Shown: positions 11,131-20,745 of the stretch, in pieces | Layout: each line of letters opens with the position of its first letter | Numbering within the stretch: the stretch's first letter is position 1 | Source of the DNA: Candidatus Bathyarchaeia archaeon | GTDB lineage: Archaea; Thermoproteota; Bathyarchaeia; Bathyarchaeales; Bathycorpusculaceae | DNA length: 62,970 nucleotides | NCBI GenBank assembly: GCA_050012255.1 | Contig: JBEKHN010000014.1 | Span: 1-62,970, forward strand | Direction: 5' to 3' | Notes under the pieces: generated by a model | The model's input: only the letters and a program-made list of their open reading frames with translations | Told to the model about the DNA's origin: nothing | Database searches by the model: none | Program-made: the position numbers and the translations under genes

Positions 11131-12024
11131 ATGCTCCCAGTAGGCTTTTCAGACGTCGTTAAACTCGTAATCGAAGACTGGAATTGGGATGAGCTTCCAA
11201 AACAACGCGACGATATTTGGGATGCGTTGCTCTACCCAATTTTCCTAGGAGCCACAGTTCGCAGTGCCCAAGCAGCCTATGTCAAAGAAGTGTTAGACGA
11301 CATTCTGAAGTTCAAAGCTGCACACACTGTTCCAAAGGATCCAATTTGGAGCAAGAAAGCACTAGCTATAATCAACAACGAAATGAACAGCATTAATGGA
11401 ACACCTGGAGAAGGCTTCAAAAGGGCAATACTCCAGGTTGCAGCAGCCGATATCGAAAGTCTCGATCTAAGCAGAACAATCGGCACAGCATTGAACTTCT
11501 TTGATAAATACGGCATCACAGTTCAGAGAATCAAGAACCTTCAAAACGATACGGGAGGAACTCTTGATTTGGTCGATCTAGCTGCTCGGGAAATCTACAA
11601 TGTCAGATACATTAAGGGGGTTCTTTGGCTATATGGTTGCGGAATCGCTAAGGATCTTGTTCCACCAAATTCGCATGTCACTCGATTTCTGAATGAATGT
11701 GGATATCCTAGCTTCGGATGGTCACGTGACCCGCCTGATGATTGGCAAATATTCACTCCAGCCTGTAATTGTATGCGAGATGTCGCTAAACAGGTGGAAG
11801 CCGAATTGAAACAGCCGATTACCTCCAAGCAGGCACAGGCCGCAGTATGGTATCTACAAACTTGCCGTGGATTGTTACCCCAGGGAAAGGCACGACAACT
11901 AACCCCAATAACATTGATTGACTTCATGAAAGCCCAAAAATGGGACATCTGCAAATTAAGTCAGATGCTGGATGATGTGGAACAACTGGATAGCCTAGCG
12001 TCAGATCTTAAGGCCTCCCTGTAG
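11131..12024 (+). CDS. Hypothetical protein, possible HhH-type DNA glycosylase-like fold
   Basis: IYNVRYIKGVLWLYGCG..DLVPPNSHVTRFL resembles the HhH / D.HV.R region of HhH-GPD/Ogg glycosylases; co-directional after brxL. Confidence 0.45.
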   Translation: MLPVGFSDVVKLVIEDWNWDELPKQRDDIWDALLYPIFLGATVRSAQAAYVKEVLDDILKFKAAHTVPKDPIWSKKALAIINNEMNSINGTPGEGFKRAILQVAAADIESLDLSRTIGTALNFFDKYGITVQRIKNLQNDTGGTLDLVDLAAREIYNVRYIKGVLWLYGCGIAKDLVPPNSHVTRFLNECGYPSFGWSRDPPDDWQIFTPACNCMRDVAKQVEAELKQPITSKQAQAAVWYLQTCRGLLPQGKARQLTPITLIDFMKAQKWDICKLSQMLDDVEQLDSLASDLKASL

Positions 12025-12085
12025 CAAGAGTCAGAACACACGACTTCCGATGGATGATTAGCGCGCGCGAGAAACCGAGGTTATA

Positions 12086-12379
12086 GTGCATGCTCTTCTA
12101 GAGGGCTTTCTCAGAGCTATCCCAAGAGACATTGAATCAATCGAACAAGGAAAATACATCGCGTACTTAGTTCTAGCAATGGTAGAAACTCCGGAAATAC
12201 GAGAGAAGTTTGAAGAAAAAGACTTAACTAGTCTCTACCAAATCCCAGGCTTCTTGGAGTTCATAATGAATTTGATCAATGCTTCTGAAAGACAACTCGC
12301 CGATGCGCTAGCTGGAGTTCAAATGATTAAAGAAGGACTTAGCACCCACATCCAAGCCTACGCAGAAAGCGGAGATTGA
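12086..12379 (+). CDS. Hypothetical protein (97 aa, helical)
   Basis: ORF with GAGGT SD-like site; bounded by CG motifs on both sides. Confidence 0.55.
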   Translation: MHALLEGFLRAIPRDIESIEQGKYIAYLVLAMVETPEIREKFEEKDLTSLYQIPGFLEFIMNLINASERQLADALAGVQMIKEGLSTHIQAYAESGD

Positions 12380-12473
12380 AAGCAAGACCTCCTCTTAGTA
12401 GGTCTACTACAAAAAAAGAAAGATGCGCGCGCCAGCTCTAAAGGGGTCATTATCGGGCTTCATATAGTTCTCG

Positions 12474-13127
12474 TCAGAACAAACAAAGGGGCCTGTTGCA
12501 CAGAGTCCATAGGAACTCATCCAAGACTTTTACCTTTTGTATTTCATACTTTCCTGCTAATTCGGAAAAAACCACATCATATCTTCTAGTGAGGCCCTGC
12601 ATCTTCTTCATAAACTCAAAGTATTCCTCACCAGAGAACTCCATAACGCTCTTCTCGAGTTCCTTATGAAACGCTTTTTCAATGGCACTGTCCCAAGCAA
12701 GAAAGAAACTTGGACAAATAAGATGTAATGTCTTGGCTGCGCTTACACCACTATCCTTGAATGCTTTCTTCACAGATTTATAAAGTTCCATGATGTCAGC
12801 AGAAGACTCATCGAGATCATAATCATCAGCGATACTAGAGGTTCGGAGTTTCTGGAGTTTTTCCTGATTGTGTTGTATCCATGGTGCGAGCCTATTCTCC
12901 CAGCCTTTATACTTGGATCTGCCCAAGACGCGTCGCATATGTCCCCATTCAAGCAAGAATGGTCTTACGATCAGCTCCACACTTGCCTTAGTAATATCCT
13001 GCAAAGCAAGCTTCCCAAGTTCATCGACACTCTTTTCATAAACTCCTTCGCTTTCTGAATCTGTCCCATCATTATATCTTTTCACGCATTTTCTTATTAC
13101 TATAGGCTCTACCTCGAAACGATCCAT
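12474..13127 (-). CDS. Hypothetical protein with HhH-like glycosylase motif
   Basis: PFLLEWGHMRR, GVSAAKTLHLICPSFFLAWDSAI and C-terminal KVLDEFLW; GGTGAG SD-like site. Confidence 0.55.
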   Translation of the reverse strand: MDRFEVEPIVIRKCVKRYNDGTDSESEGVYEKSVDELGKLALQDITKASVELIVRPFLLEWGHMRRVLGRSKYKGWENRLAPWIQHNQEKLQKLRTSSIADDYDLDESSADIMELYKSVKKAFKDSGVSAAKTLHLICPSFFLAWDSAIEKAFHKELEKSVMEFSGEEYFEFMKKMQGLTRRYDVVFSELAGKYEIQKVKVLDEFLWTLCNRPLCLF

Positions 13128-13195
13128 TGTTACTCACCACATACTAGCTAGACCACATTACATTTATGACCTAGCATTAAGCGCGCGCCACGTTG

Positions 13196-13849
13196 CTAAG
13201 GGTCTATTAAGAACATTCTAATTCCTTTCACTGCCGGTGCTCCTAACATAGCAAGCAAATTAGGACCAGGCTGTCCTAGCCATATCGCGAAACTTCCAGT
13301 CAAAGCGATATAGTTGACAAGATTAACTGCTTTCTTGATGTGCCTAACATGGGCTCGCCATTCTTCTGGGACAATTCTCTCGAGATTTATTAATGGCAGG
13401 GCGTCAAGGCTTTCAAAGAGTTTGAATGTTTTTTTTAATCGTGAGAGTACCGATGAGCGAGTGACCAAAAAAACATATTCGTCTATGAGCATGTTCTTGA
13501 GTGGCTCGGACAAATGTGAGCCTTGTAGATGTGATCTAAATCTCTCAAAACTCTCCACAAGTTCTTTGGGCATGAATTCCGCCAGATTCCTCCATGAGAA
13601 AAGTTGGAAGAGCCCCTCAGTTCTCTCCACTACCGCCTCTATGCTCAAGATTTCTGACGCGTTAGTATAACTTCCATAGAACTCTTGAAACTCCGGATTT
13701 TCAATTTTCCTGATTCCGGCAGGAACATATATCAATCGCCTAGGGAGGATTCTTTGAAGTTCTTCTATCGAAGTCCAGAATCTCCGATGAATCAAGAGAG
13801 AAGGATCTAGAAGCACGGGTCTTAACTTTTCCGAAAACAAATTCTCCAA
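13196..13849 (-). CDS. Hypothetical protein, PIN-like N-terminus and hydrophobic C-terminal segment
   Basis: VLLDPSLL..IYVP at the N-terminus; hydrophobic LVNYIALTGSFAIWLG..LLAMLGA tail. Confidence 0.5.
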   Translation of the reverse strand: MENLFSEKLRPVLLDPSLLIHRRFWTSIEELQRILPRRLIYVPAGIRKIENPEFQEFYGSYTNASEILSIEAVVERTEGLFQLFSWRNLAEFMPKELVESFERFRSHLQGSHLSEPLKNMLIDEYVFLVTRSSVLSRLKKTFKLFESLDALPLINLERIVPEEWRAHVRHIKKAVNLVNYIALTGSFAIWLGQPGPNLLAMLGAPAVKGIRMFLIDP

Positions 13850-13917
13850 ATGGGCTTCACCATGGCAAACGTCATTGTTTCTTGAACTATACTTAAATTC
13901 TTTGCCCGGCTCAGCAT

Positions 13918-14562
13918 CTAGCGCGCGAGCTCTGCTTCGGACATTCTTCTTATATATCTCCGTGTTCTCGGTGCGGCCATGAAAATCATGCCGTTCTTTA
14001 TTGTACTACTTTTCGTTACAGTTGAGTCTTTGAAGTCTAGATTGATGCCCAGTCTTATGTTGACATAGTCTAGAACTTTCCTGTCCTTGAAGTCATAGAC
14101 TATCACATATTTCAGCCCGGAGAATAATCCAATCATGTCTAGCAGAAATTTGTCACCGCAAGGCTTGAGACACTTCAGAGCGGTTTCTTTGTTTCCTATT
14201 CCGTGAACGAGATTAGCCTTTACGTATTCAAGTTCTCTTCCAATTCGCTCTTTCATTGCATTCCTGAAATTTGTGTGATATCCATCAGCTATTGGCTTCT
14301 TGCAATATTCCCTTACATATTCAAATTCTGCGTTCGCCGGGGGAGAAAATGGAGGAGTGGTCTGCTCTGGATTGCCTGGGCTGAGCCCTAAGAACATCAC
14401 ATCCGCCTGGACTTTGGGTGGGAAATCTCGGAGTCGGAAGGGTTCGCATAAGAAATCTGCACGAACAATGCCATGGCAGGGATGGTTTGGATCATCTAAA
14501 GCCTTTTGATGGCAACGTATGATGTTTTCAATGAACTCTTCATAGCGCGAGATCAAAACCAC
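13918..14562 (-). CDS. Uracil-DNA glycosylase superfamily-like protein
   Basis: DVMFLGLSPG (UDG motif A-like), NLVH, C..FL..MI...LKYVIV; its stop codon is supplied by the GCGCGCTAG motif. Confidence 0.55.
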   Translation of the reverse strand: MVLISRYEEFIENIIRCHQKALDDPNHPCHGIVRADFLCEPFRLRDFPPKVQADVMFLGLSPGNPEQTTPPFSPPANAEFEYVREYCKKPIADGYHTNFRNAMKERIGRELEYVKANLVHGIGNKETALKCLKPCGDKFLLDMIGLFSGLKYVIVYDFKDRKVLDYVNIRLGINLDFKDSTVTKSSTIKNGMIFMAAPRTRRYIRRMSEAELAR

Positions 14563-14600
14563 ACCCTCGACACTTTGTGATTATCCATGACCAACAACAT

Positions 14601-14810
14601 AAAAACGGGGATTACGCGGGAGATATCGTGGCCTGAGTTTGAGTAAGCACGCGCTTCATATTAAACTCGATTGGTCATATAAATCTCAAGATGACGAAGA
14701 AAAAAGAGGGATTGGCGGGAGACATCGCCACTTGCAATAGAGTTCGTGACAACTCTCAGGGCAAAACTAAGTGTGGTTTGAATCCCACTCCCGCACCTGT
14801 ATGTTGAAAA
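14601..14810 (+). repeat. Tandem AAAAA..GGGATT..GCGGGAGAYATCG repeat followed by a degenerate tRNA(Leu)-like 3' end
   Basis: 14601-14632 resembles 14701-14731; GTGTGGTTTGAATCCCACTCCCGCACC at 14771-14797, then ATGTTGAAAA. Confidence 0.6.
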
Positions 14811-14966
14811 AGCCAAGGGGTTTGTCTGCGCGTGCCGGCCAAATACGCAACGCGTTTGGATGATGTTAACTAGTGATTTTCAATGGGTCACGGCAGTCAG
14901 CTCGCCGAACCACCAGCATTTGACAGACAAGAAACGTCTGCAATTGACGTGCATCGTACGTATGAG

Positions 14967-16343
14967 TCAGAGGAGGAGGGCGGCTTCCAAGTAAGAACAA
15001 ACCGATTCTGTCTTCTCTTTTGCGATTCCTGTGTATTCGTCAGGGTGTCTAAGTATTTTCTTCTGTTTTTCCGTCATTTTTTCGATATAAGGTCGGATTT
15101 GCTTGTCTTCCCATATTGCTTCCGACAGTTTTTGCCCACTTTCTCTAGCTTTCGTTGCCATTCTTCTCACATATTCATATGCATCAGGATGCCCATGAAT
15201 CGCTAACAGAATATAAAGAGGTTCCGCAACCACCTCTTTACTGCTTTCCTGCACATGCCTTTTGACGCTGTCCTTGTTTATCTTGATCTTTGCAAGTGCG
15301 TCTCTTGTCCAATTTACTGAGTGATCAAACGCGACAAACAATTCCGTCACAAATCTGCTTGAAGCCGAATTCGTAAGGTCACGTTGATGCTCAGAGATCT
15401 CATCCATGAAAACCGTTATTATTCTGGGCACGAAAGCCTTCCACATGCTTTTGACGTGCTCAAAATCCCAAGGGTTCACTTTATGAGGCATCGTCGAAGA
15501 TCCGACCCGATTGTCTTCCTTCAATTCTTCGATTTCTTGAATCTCACTGCGTTGAAGATGCCTAAAATCATCTGCAAGGTTGGCTAAAACTGAGAAGCAG
15601 GAGGTCACTGCACATGCCAAATCTGTCACAAACTGAGGCTCGACTATTTGGGTAGAATGTGTGGCTGGCTTGAGCCCAAGTTCAGACAAGACTTCTTTTT
15701 CAAACTTTTCAGGATCCGAAACTATCAATGACAGAGCATTGTAGGCTCCAACAGCGCCCGAAATCTTGCCACGTAGATTTTCCGCCGCATGAACTATTGT
15801 CTCTATTCTATCAGCAAGCCGGCTAACATACTTGGTTATTGCAAACCCAAATGTGATCGGTTCCGCAAACTTGCCATGTGTTCTCCCTATCTGAATTAGA
15901 TCGCTGTTATCCCTGGCCATTTCGATAAGATACCTCTCCAGCTCCAGCAGGTCTGGTAAGATTACTTTTTTGAACATATCTCTCAGACGCATAGCAGTAG
16001 CTGTATCGGTGATGTCCGATGAAGTCACCGAGAGATGAACAAACGGTTTGGCCCTTTCACTAACATTAGTTCTTATGCAATTCGCAAGTGCCCTCACACT
16101 GTGTTTTATTCTTTTTTCCTCAGCATATACATCCCCGATTCTGACCCTTTCACAAGCGTTCTCTATTTCCTCTGCGATTTCTTCAGAGCAGACTCCCCAT
16201 CTACTCATCACTCTTACAAGAGCAGTCTCTACATTCAATTGGTACCTGATGAAGGCCTCTTCAGAAGCAAAGGGCTGGAGTTTTCCAAAAAGTTCCTTAT
16301 TGTATCTATAGTCCAAAGGACTGACCATATCGAAAGGTCTCAT
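14967..16343 (-). CDS. purB: Adenylosuccinate lyase
   Basis: SPLDYRY, HLSVTSSDITD, GRTHG..AEPITFG, GAVG, signature GSSTMPHKVNP, EHQRDLTNS; the ORF could extend to 16430. Confidence 0.95.
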   Translation of the reverse strand: MRPFDMVSPLDYRYNKELFGKLQPFASEEAFIRYQLNVETALVRVMSRWGVCSEEIAEEIENACERVRIGDVYAEEKRIKHSVRALANCIRTNVSERAKPFVHLSVTSSDITDTATAMRLRDMFKKVILPDLLELERYLIEMARDNSDLIQIGRTHGKFAEPITFGFAITKYVSRLADRIETIVHAAENLRGKISGAVGAYNALSLIVSDPEKFEKEVLSELGLKPATHSTQIVEPQFVTDLACAVTSCFSVLANLADDFRHLQRSEIQEIEELKEDNRVGSSTMPHKVNPWDFEHVKSMWKAFVPRIITVFMDEISEHQRDLTNSASSRFVTELFVAFDHSVNWTRDALAKIKINKDSVKRHVQESSKEVVAEPLYILLAIHGHPDAYEYVRRMATKARESGQKLSEAIWEDKQIRPYIEKMTEKQKKILRHPDEYTGIAKEKTESVCSYLEAALLL

Positions 16344-16433
16344 TTCTCCACCTTCTCTCACATGTGAAGACGGTTCCGGCATTCTAACCGAACTAGCTCT
16401 CTTTCGGGGGTTCATTAACTCCCTCCTCATCCC

Positions 16434-16697
16434 TTAATTACCTTTCTGTTGAAGACGACGGGCAGTATCCACTCCTTTGCTAGAAAGCGAAATTCTGTAG
16501 TAACGCCGCATGCCTCGCTTCTCGGTCTTTACCTCGGCTAACTCTTCTTTTAGAAGATGGTCCACGTGTTTCTTGATAGTGGTCGATGACCCTGCCCCGA
16601 CAGCGCGCTGCAATTGAGCATAATCCATTGCATCTGTCGTATTTTTCAACAAGACTGAGAGAATATTGGTACATATATCATCAATTCTGGAAGTCAT
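16434..16697 (-). CDS. Winged-helix (ArsR/MarR-like) DNA-binding protein
   Basis: 87 aa, LQRAVG..SSTTIKKHVDHL..EELA..YYRISLSSKG; GAGGAG SD. Confidence 0.75.
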   Translation of the reverse strand: MTSRIDDICTNILSVLLKNTTDAMDYAQLQRAVGAGSSTTIKKHVDHLLKEELAEVKTEKRGMRRYYRISLSSKGVDTARRLQQKGN

Positions 16698-16809
16698 ATT
16701 CTCCTCTTTTCCACATATCTACAAATCATAATAATGCCAAGACTCGGATTTGATATATATGTTTTTCCAATTGAATCCTAGAAGCCCAACTGCCGTATCC
16801 AAAACCAGA

Positions 16810-16893
16810 AAAAAGGAAGTTGCGGGAGCCTGTGGAGACGTCGCCTGTTGAGATGGAGTTCAAACCCCATCCCCCGCATCATCATGTTGAAAA
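16810..16893 (+). repeat. Second copy of the GCGGGAG..GGAGACGTCGCC / tRNA-3'-like / ATGTTGAAAA repeat
   Basis: ATGGAGTTCAAACCCCATCCCCCGCA at 16853-16878 followed by ATGTTGAAAA; direct orientation relative to 14701-14810. Confidence 0.6.
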
Positions 16894-17118
16894 CTGCGGG
16901 AGTTCGTTTGGGTGACGTTGTCAGTATTTTCGCTTTCTGAAGATCTTGTGTTCGTTGAAGCCGCAGACAAAGTCGAAGCCGACGTCTAGTAGCGCGCGCT
17001 TGCTGCTAGGGAAAATCCCGTCTAGGCGGGAAAATGACCCGTAACCTGAGAAGGCTGAGTTTGGGATACGTTCTAAACCGTTTATCCAGCCAGTAGCGCG
17101 AAGTTAGAATTCTTCCTT

Positions 17119-18486
17119 TCATAAAGAATATTCTTTCGCATGTTCTATCATCTGGGCGTTCTTGAAGTAGTGTCCGAACAGCTGCTGATTCTCAGTATGC
17201 ACCGGAAAAACCTGTTTGGGTTGAATGCGGTTGATCAAGTCCACTAGTTGATCCTTATTCAAGTGTCCTGATGCGTGCAGCTGATGAAAGTGCATTCTGA
17301 AGTGATCTATCCAGTTGTGCATTACCTCATCTTCAATGTCTTCTTCGCTGAACGGCTCACTCATGCTGTGAATGAACTGACTTCCAGGCTTTGGTTTGAT
17401 GTCTATCAACTCCGCGAACTGGTAGAAGTCCAGGTCCATGACAAGCTTTCCTTGGTTCTTGTGAATAAACTCGTGCGTCACCATTTTGTCCATGAACTTT
17501 CGCTCCCAAACATAGTAGTCCTTCTCATCGAAGCCACCTGACTTTTTCCGCTTGTAATAAACCAGAATGTCAGCATCCTTCAGCGGATCCGGAAGGTCGA
17601 GATGCTCATCATCAAGAAGTTTGCTCAGTAAATATGCAGTCTTCGGTGAAACAACGATTTTCCTTCCGTTTTTCTTGGCGACTTTGTAGAAGCTTCTAAA
17701 CCTGTCCAAATCTCGACTGTAGCGCATCGCAAGCACCAACTTATCGGTTGAGGAAACAACTTCGTTGCTCAACTGCCTGACCTGAGATTCCGAATAGTTC
17801 TTGCGCTTCTCCTGTTCAACCATCCTTGTTCCCTCACAGATCAAGGCAACCGGCTCACAATTCTGGGCCTTCTCCAAGAAATCTTCGGTCAGATCTTTCC
17901 TTGGACCGTGAATTCTCAGGTCTCCCGTGTAGACCACTGACCCTTCAGAAGTGTGGATGATGAAGCCATAAGCGGCTGGAATAGAGTGATCCACATGCAC
18001 CGGTTCAACCGTCACGCCGTCAACCTTGAAGCTGTGTCCAGTGCGAAACTTGTGGCATTCATGTTCTCCATACTTGCAGAAACTACTAGTCTCTTCCATC
18101 GACTCCATCAACAGCTTAGTGCCGACCCCGACGTAAATGGGAATTTTCGGGTCCAAGAACTGAATGTGAGCTACATGATCAAAATGAGCATGCGACAAGA
18201 ACACAGCATCGACCTCAGGCTCAACGTATCAAAGACTGGTAGAAGCCAACATTTCCTGAGAATACAAACCGCTGATGCGAGGCAACAAGTTAAACGCAAA
18301 GTAATCTCCTAAACCGTTGACTCCTCTTGGTGCGAGCCAGCTCGTAAAGTAATCAGTACCAAAGGTGAAAGACTGCCCAAAATCGAAGAAAATCCTCGTC
18401 TTTCTGTCTTCTAGAAGAATCTTGTTGCCGCCAATCTCATTCACTCCACCATAGAACCTGAGTTTAACCAGATGAAGCCCCCTCAA
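17119..18486 (-). pseudogene. Metallo-beta-lactamase / RNase J-like hydrolase with an in-frame TGA at 18229-18231
   Basis: GGVNEIGGNK, DFG, SHAHFDH, VDHSIP, YTGD, HASGH, PVHTE; the two ORFs are in the same frame, separated by one TGA. Confidence 0.85.
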
Positions 18487-18543
18487 AAGAGCATAAGTAC
18501 AAGAGTCTTATAGCATCTTGCGAATGGAACGGAGCGGGTACGT

Positions 18544-18798
18544 ATGAGCAAAGAAGCAGTTGCGAGACAATTCTTCCTCGATTTTATCGAGAACCTTGGA
18601 AGCGAATACGAAGATGAATACAACCAAGAACATGATGAAGAAGAAGCCAACCTAATACTAACAGATCTCTTCTTTTCAGGCTTGTAGAAGATCGAGTGGA
18701 ATCCAAGAAAACATGTGTTAAGACTCAACTTCAGAGATCGCAAGAACAAAGAAAGCAAACGACAGAAGCGCGCCCTAGTGTTAATGTTCGAAAAGTAA
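18544..18798 (+). pseudogene. Small acidic hypothetical ORF with an in-frame TAG at 18685
   Basis: MSKEAVARQFFLDF...FSGL*KIEWNPRKHVLRLNF reads on in one frame. Confidence 0.4.
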
Positions 18799-18878
18799 TG
18801 TTGCTTCTGCTCTTCCTCATACTATATTACAGAAAATACTGATTCCATCATTGATTATCAAGGGACAAGCGTTACGCA

Positions 18879-19085
18879 CTAGCGCGCTAACCTTCGCGCA
18901 CCGGCAAGAGCAAGTAGCCCTCCAACTATTGGTAGAGAATCGACTACTGCGGCGATCAAGAAGACAGACTGTGATGAGCCGCGCGCGCAAATAACTGCAT
19001 TAATTAATTGTAATTGCAAATTCTTTCTCTGTTTACCAATTTGAAGTTCTTTGGTGGTCTCGAAAAGAAGTTCTGGATCATCCAT
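18879..19085 (-). pseudogene. Probable 5' gene remnant downstream of the AbiEii gene
   Basis: Starts 20 bp after the toxin stop, crosses a CG motif at 18981 and stops in another at 18880. Confidence 0.3.
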
Positions 19086-19105
19086 TTCAGTAGATTGATT
19101 CCGAA

Positions 19106-20266
19106 TTAGTTTGAAAGCAATGACTTTATATTTTCAAGGTTTTCAAGAGTTAGAACCTGCCAAAAGACTCTTTCCAATGATTTTCCTCGAAGATCCTTGT
19201 AATGGAGGATGCGTGTCTGTACGAGCTTCAACATTTTCTCTCTGAGATCGCCCACAGAATCTCCTGAAATCTTCCGCAGAGACGCCTCCATTTCCTTGCA
19301 TTCCCTGATGATCTCAGCAACATCGACGGGTTCCATCTCTTTTAATAGTCGCTTTTGCGCGAGAATGGCCAGAAATCGTATCCTCAAAGATTCAGAACTC
19401 CATTCATAATACGGCTTCCTCTGACTTTTGCTCACGAAGAATTGTTGAAATCTCTCTATTTCCCTCTTCGTGAGGACGTCAGCACTGGGAGTATCTACCA
19501 GTGAATATTTGTTCATGGCTTTCACGACATCATTGAGGGCTTCGATCGGAGTGACCTTTATTCTTCTGAAAGATGCCTCAAGTTTTGTCAATTCGTCTAT
19601 TGAAATAATCCTGTCACTAACGAACTGAGCTGAGACATCGCATGTCTCAAACAGTGCGTCGACGTCATAGATCTGCTTCGGCAGGTCTGCTTCAAGTTCC
19701 GTGCCTATGCTACCCCTGGCAAGCGTAAGCAGTTTGTCACCTATGAGTGCCCCAGCGGTGGAGCATCTTACTCTGTTGACTTTCAAGGCAAAGGTTTGGA
19801 CGTTGTGGAGATCAGCGTGAGGCAAGTCAGGGCTCTCACATAGAAAATCAAGTTTGATCTCTAGCTTTTCTCTTTTCGGATCCACTTGGGAAGGAACGCT
19901 TGCGAGATATGTCAATAGAGGAAGCTCAAGGTTGGGCTTCTTAGGTTCATACCGCGAAAACTCTGCACATCCTTCCAATGTCTTTCCCAGCTGTAGGATG
20001 ACTTCTTCAACGTCCTTTTTCTCCAATGTTGTCGCCAGGTCTGCGTCAACACTTCCTCTCTGTTTTTCCAAAGGTAGATGCAACTGAGCGGCGGCGCCTC
20101 CTTTCAGCACCATTTTGTTACAAAGAATCTGCAATTGTGCTGTGAGTTCGCAGTCCCAAAGAAAGATTTCGACGGCTAGAGGGTTTGGGTATTCATAGTA
20201 CTCTGCTCTTCGTAGTATTTCATCCTTGGTGAAATACTTGGCCGCATGTATCAGCTTTATCGCCAT
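19106..20266 (-). CDS. AbiEii/AbiGii-family nucleotidyltransferase toxin
   Basis: MVLKGGAA..LHL...RGSVDADL, IKLDF, GDKLLTL, KQIYDV. Confidence 0.85.
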   Translation of the reverse strand: MAIKLIHAAKYFTKDEILRRAEYYEYPNPLAVEIFLWDCELTAQLQILCNKMVLKGGAAAQLHLPLEKQRGSVDADLATTLEKKDVEEVILQLGKTLEGCAEFSRYEPKKPNLELPLLTYLASVPSQVDPKREKLEIKLDFLCESPDLPHADLHNVQTFALKVNRVRCSTAGALIGDKLLTLARGSIGTELEADLPKQIYDVDALFETCDVSAQFVSDRIISIDELTKLEASFRRIKVTPIEALNDVVKAMNKYSLVDTPSADVLTKREIERFQQFFVSKSQRKPYYEWSSESLRIRFLAILAQKRLLKEMEPVDVAEIIRECKEMEASLRKISGDSVGDLREKMLKLVQTRILHYKDLRGKSLERVFWQVLTLENLENIKSLLSN

Positions 20267-20745
20267 TCTACGGCCTCCATGGTTTTCAGAAAGTCTTTCA
20301 CGTGTTTGTTCTCGACTTTGGGCCTTGAAGAAGTCATGGGCTGGACGAAGTCTAGTAGCACGTCAATTTCCTTTTCAATTCCTCTCCTATTAGCAAACAT
20401 TAACAAACGACTGTGGCTAATCGGCTCATTTCTTGATACCCTGAGAAAGATGCGAGCCGCTTCTTCTTCAGGAAAAGGTATTCTATTTCTAGTTGACTCA
20501 AAGTAGAGATCCACCAGAGCTCGTTCCAGAGAAGCTGTTCCATCAATGTTGCCAAGAAGCCCAGAAAACTCCCTTACAACGAAAATATCCCTTTCAGCGA
20601 AGTTCTCAAGGGCTAAGCTAATATCATTTCTTGTTGGATTCAACAAAGCTCTCATTCCTGCCTCGCGAAGCGAGAGAACTGCCAATTCTCCAGACCCTCT
20701 GATGATGTATATTAGTTCAACTAGACGCTTAGGCAGGTTGGGCAA
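20257..20745 (-). pseudogene. AbiEi-like antitoxin, C-terminal part (5' end missing)
   Basis: [11 protein letters not shown] and LLMFANRRG motifs; overlaps the toxin start; no N-terminal wHTH. Confidence 0.6.

Noticed and set aside
12024-14700. Classical integron with attC sites
   Set aside because: Genes are in mixed orientation, no 55-140 bp RYYYAAC..GTTRRRY hairpins were seen, and there is no intI in the window
14967-16343. Z-base (2-aminoadenine) biosynthesis cluster
   Set aside because: No purZ, datZ or mazZ-like gene nearby
14701-16893. Complete or split tRNA genes
   Set aside because: Only degenerate T-arm/acceptor 3' segments; no D-arm, anticodon arm or matching 5' half seen
18229-18231. 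Selenocysteine recoding of the in-frame TGA
   Set aside because: Position is in a linker rather than a redox motif, no SECIS recognised, and a nonsense mutation is simpler
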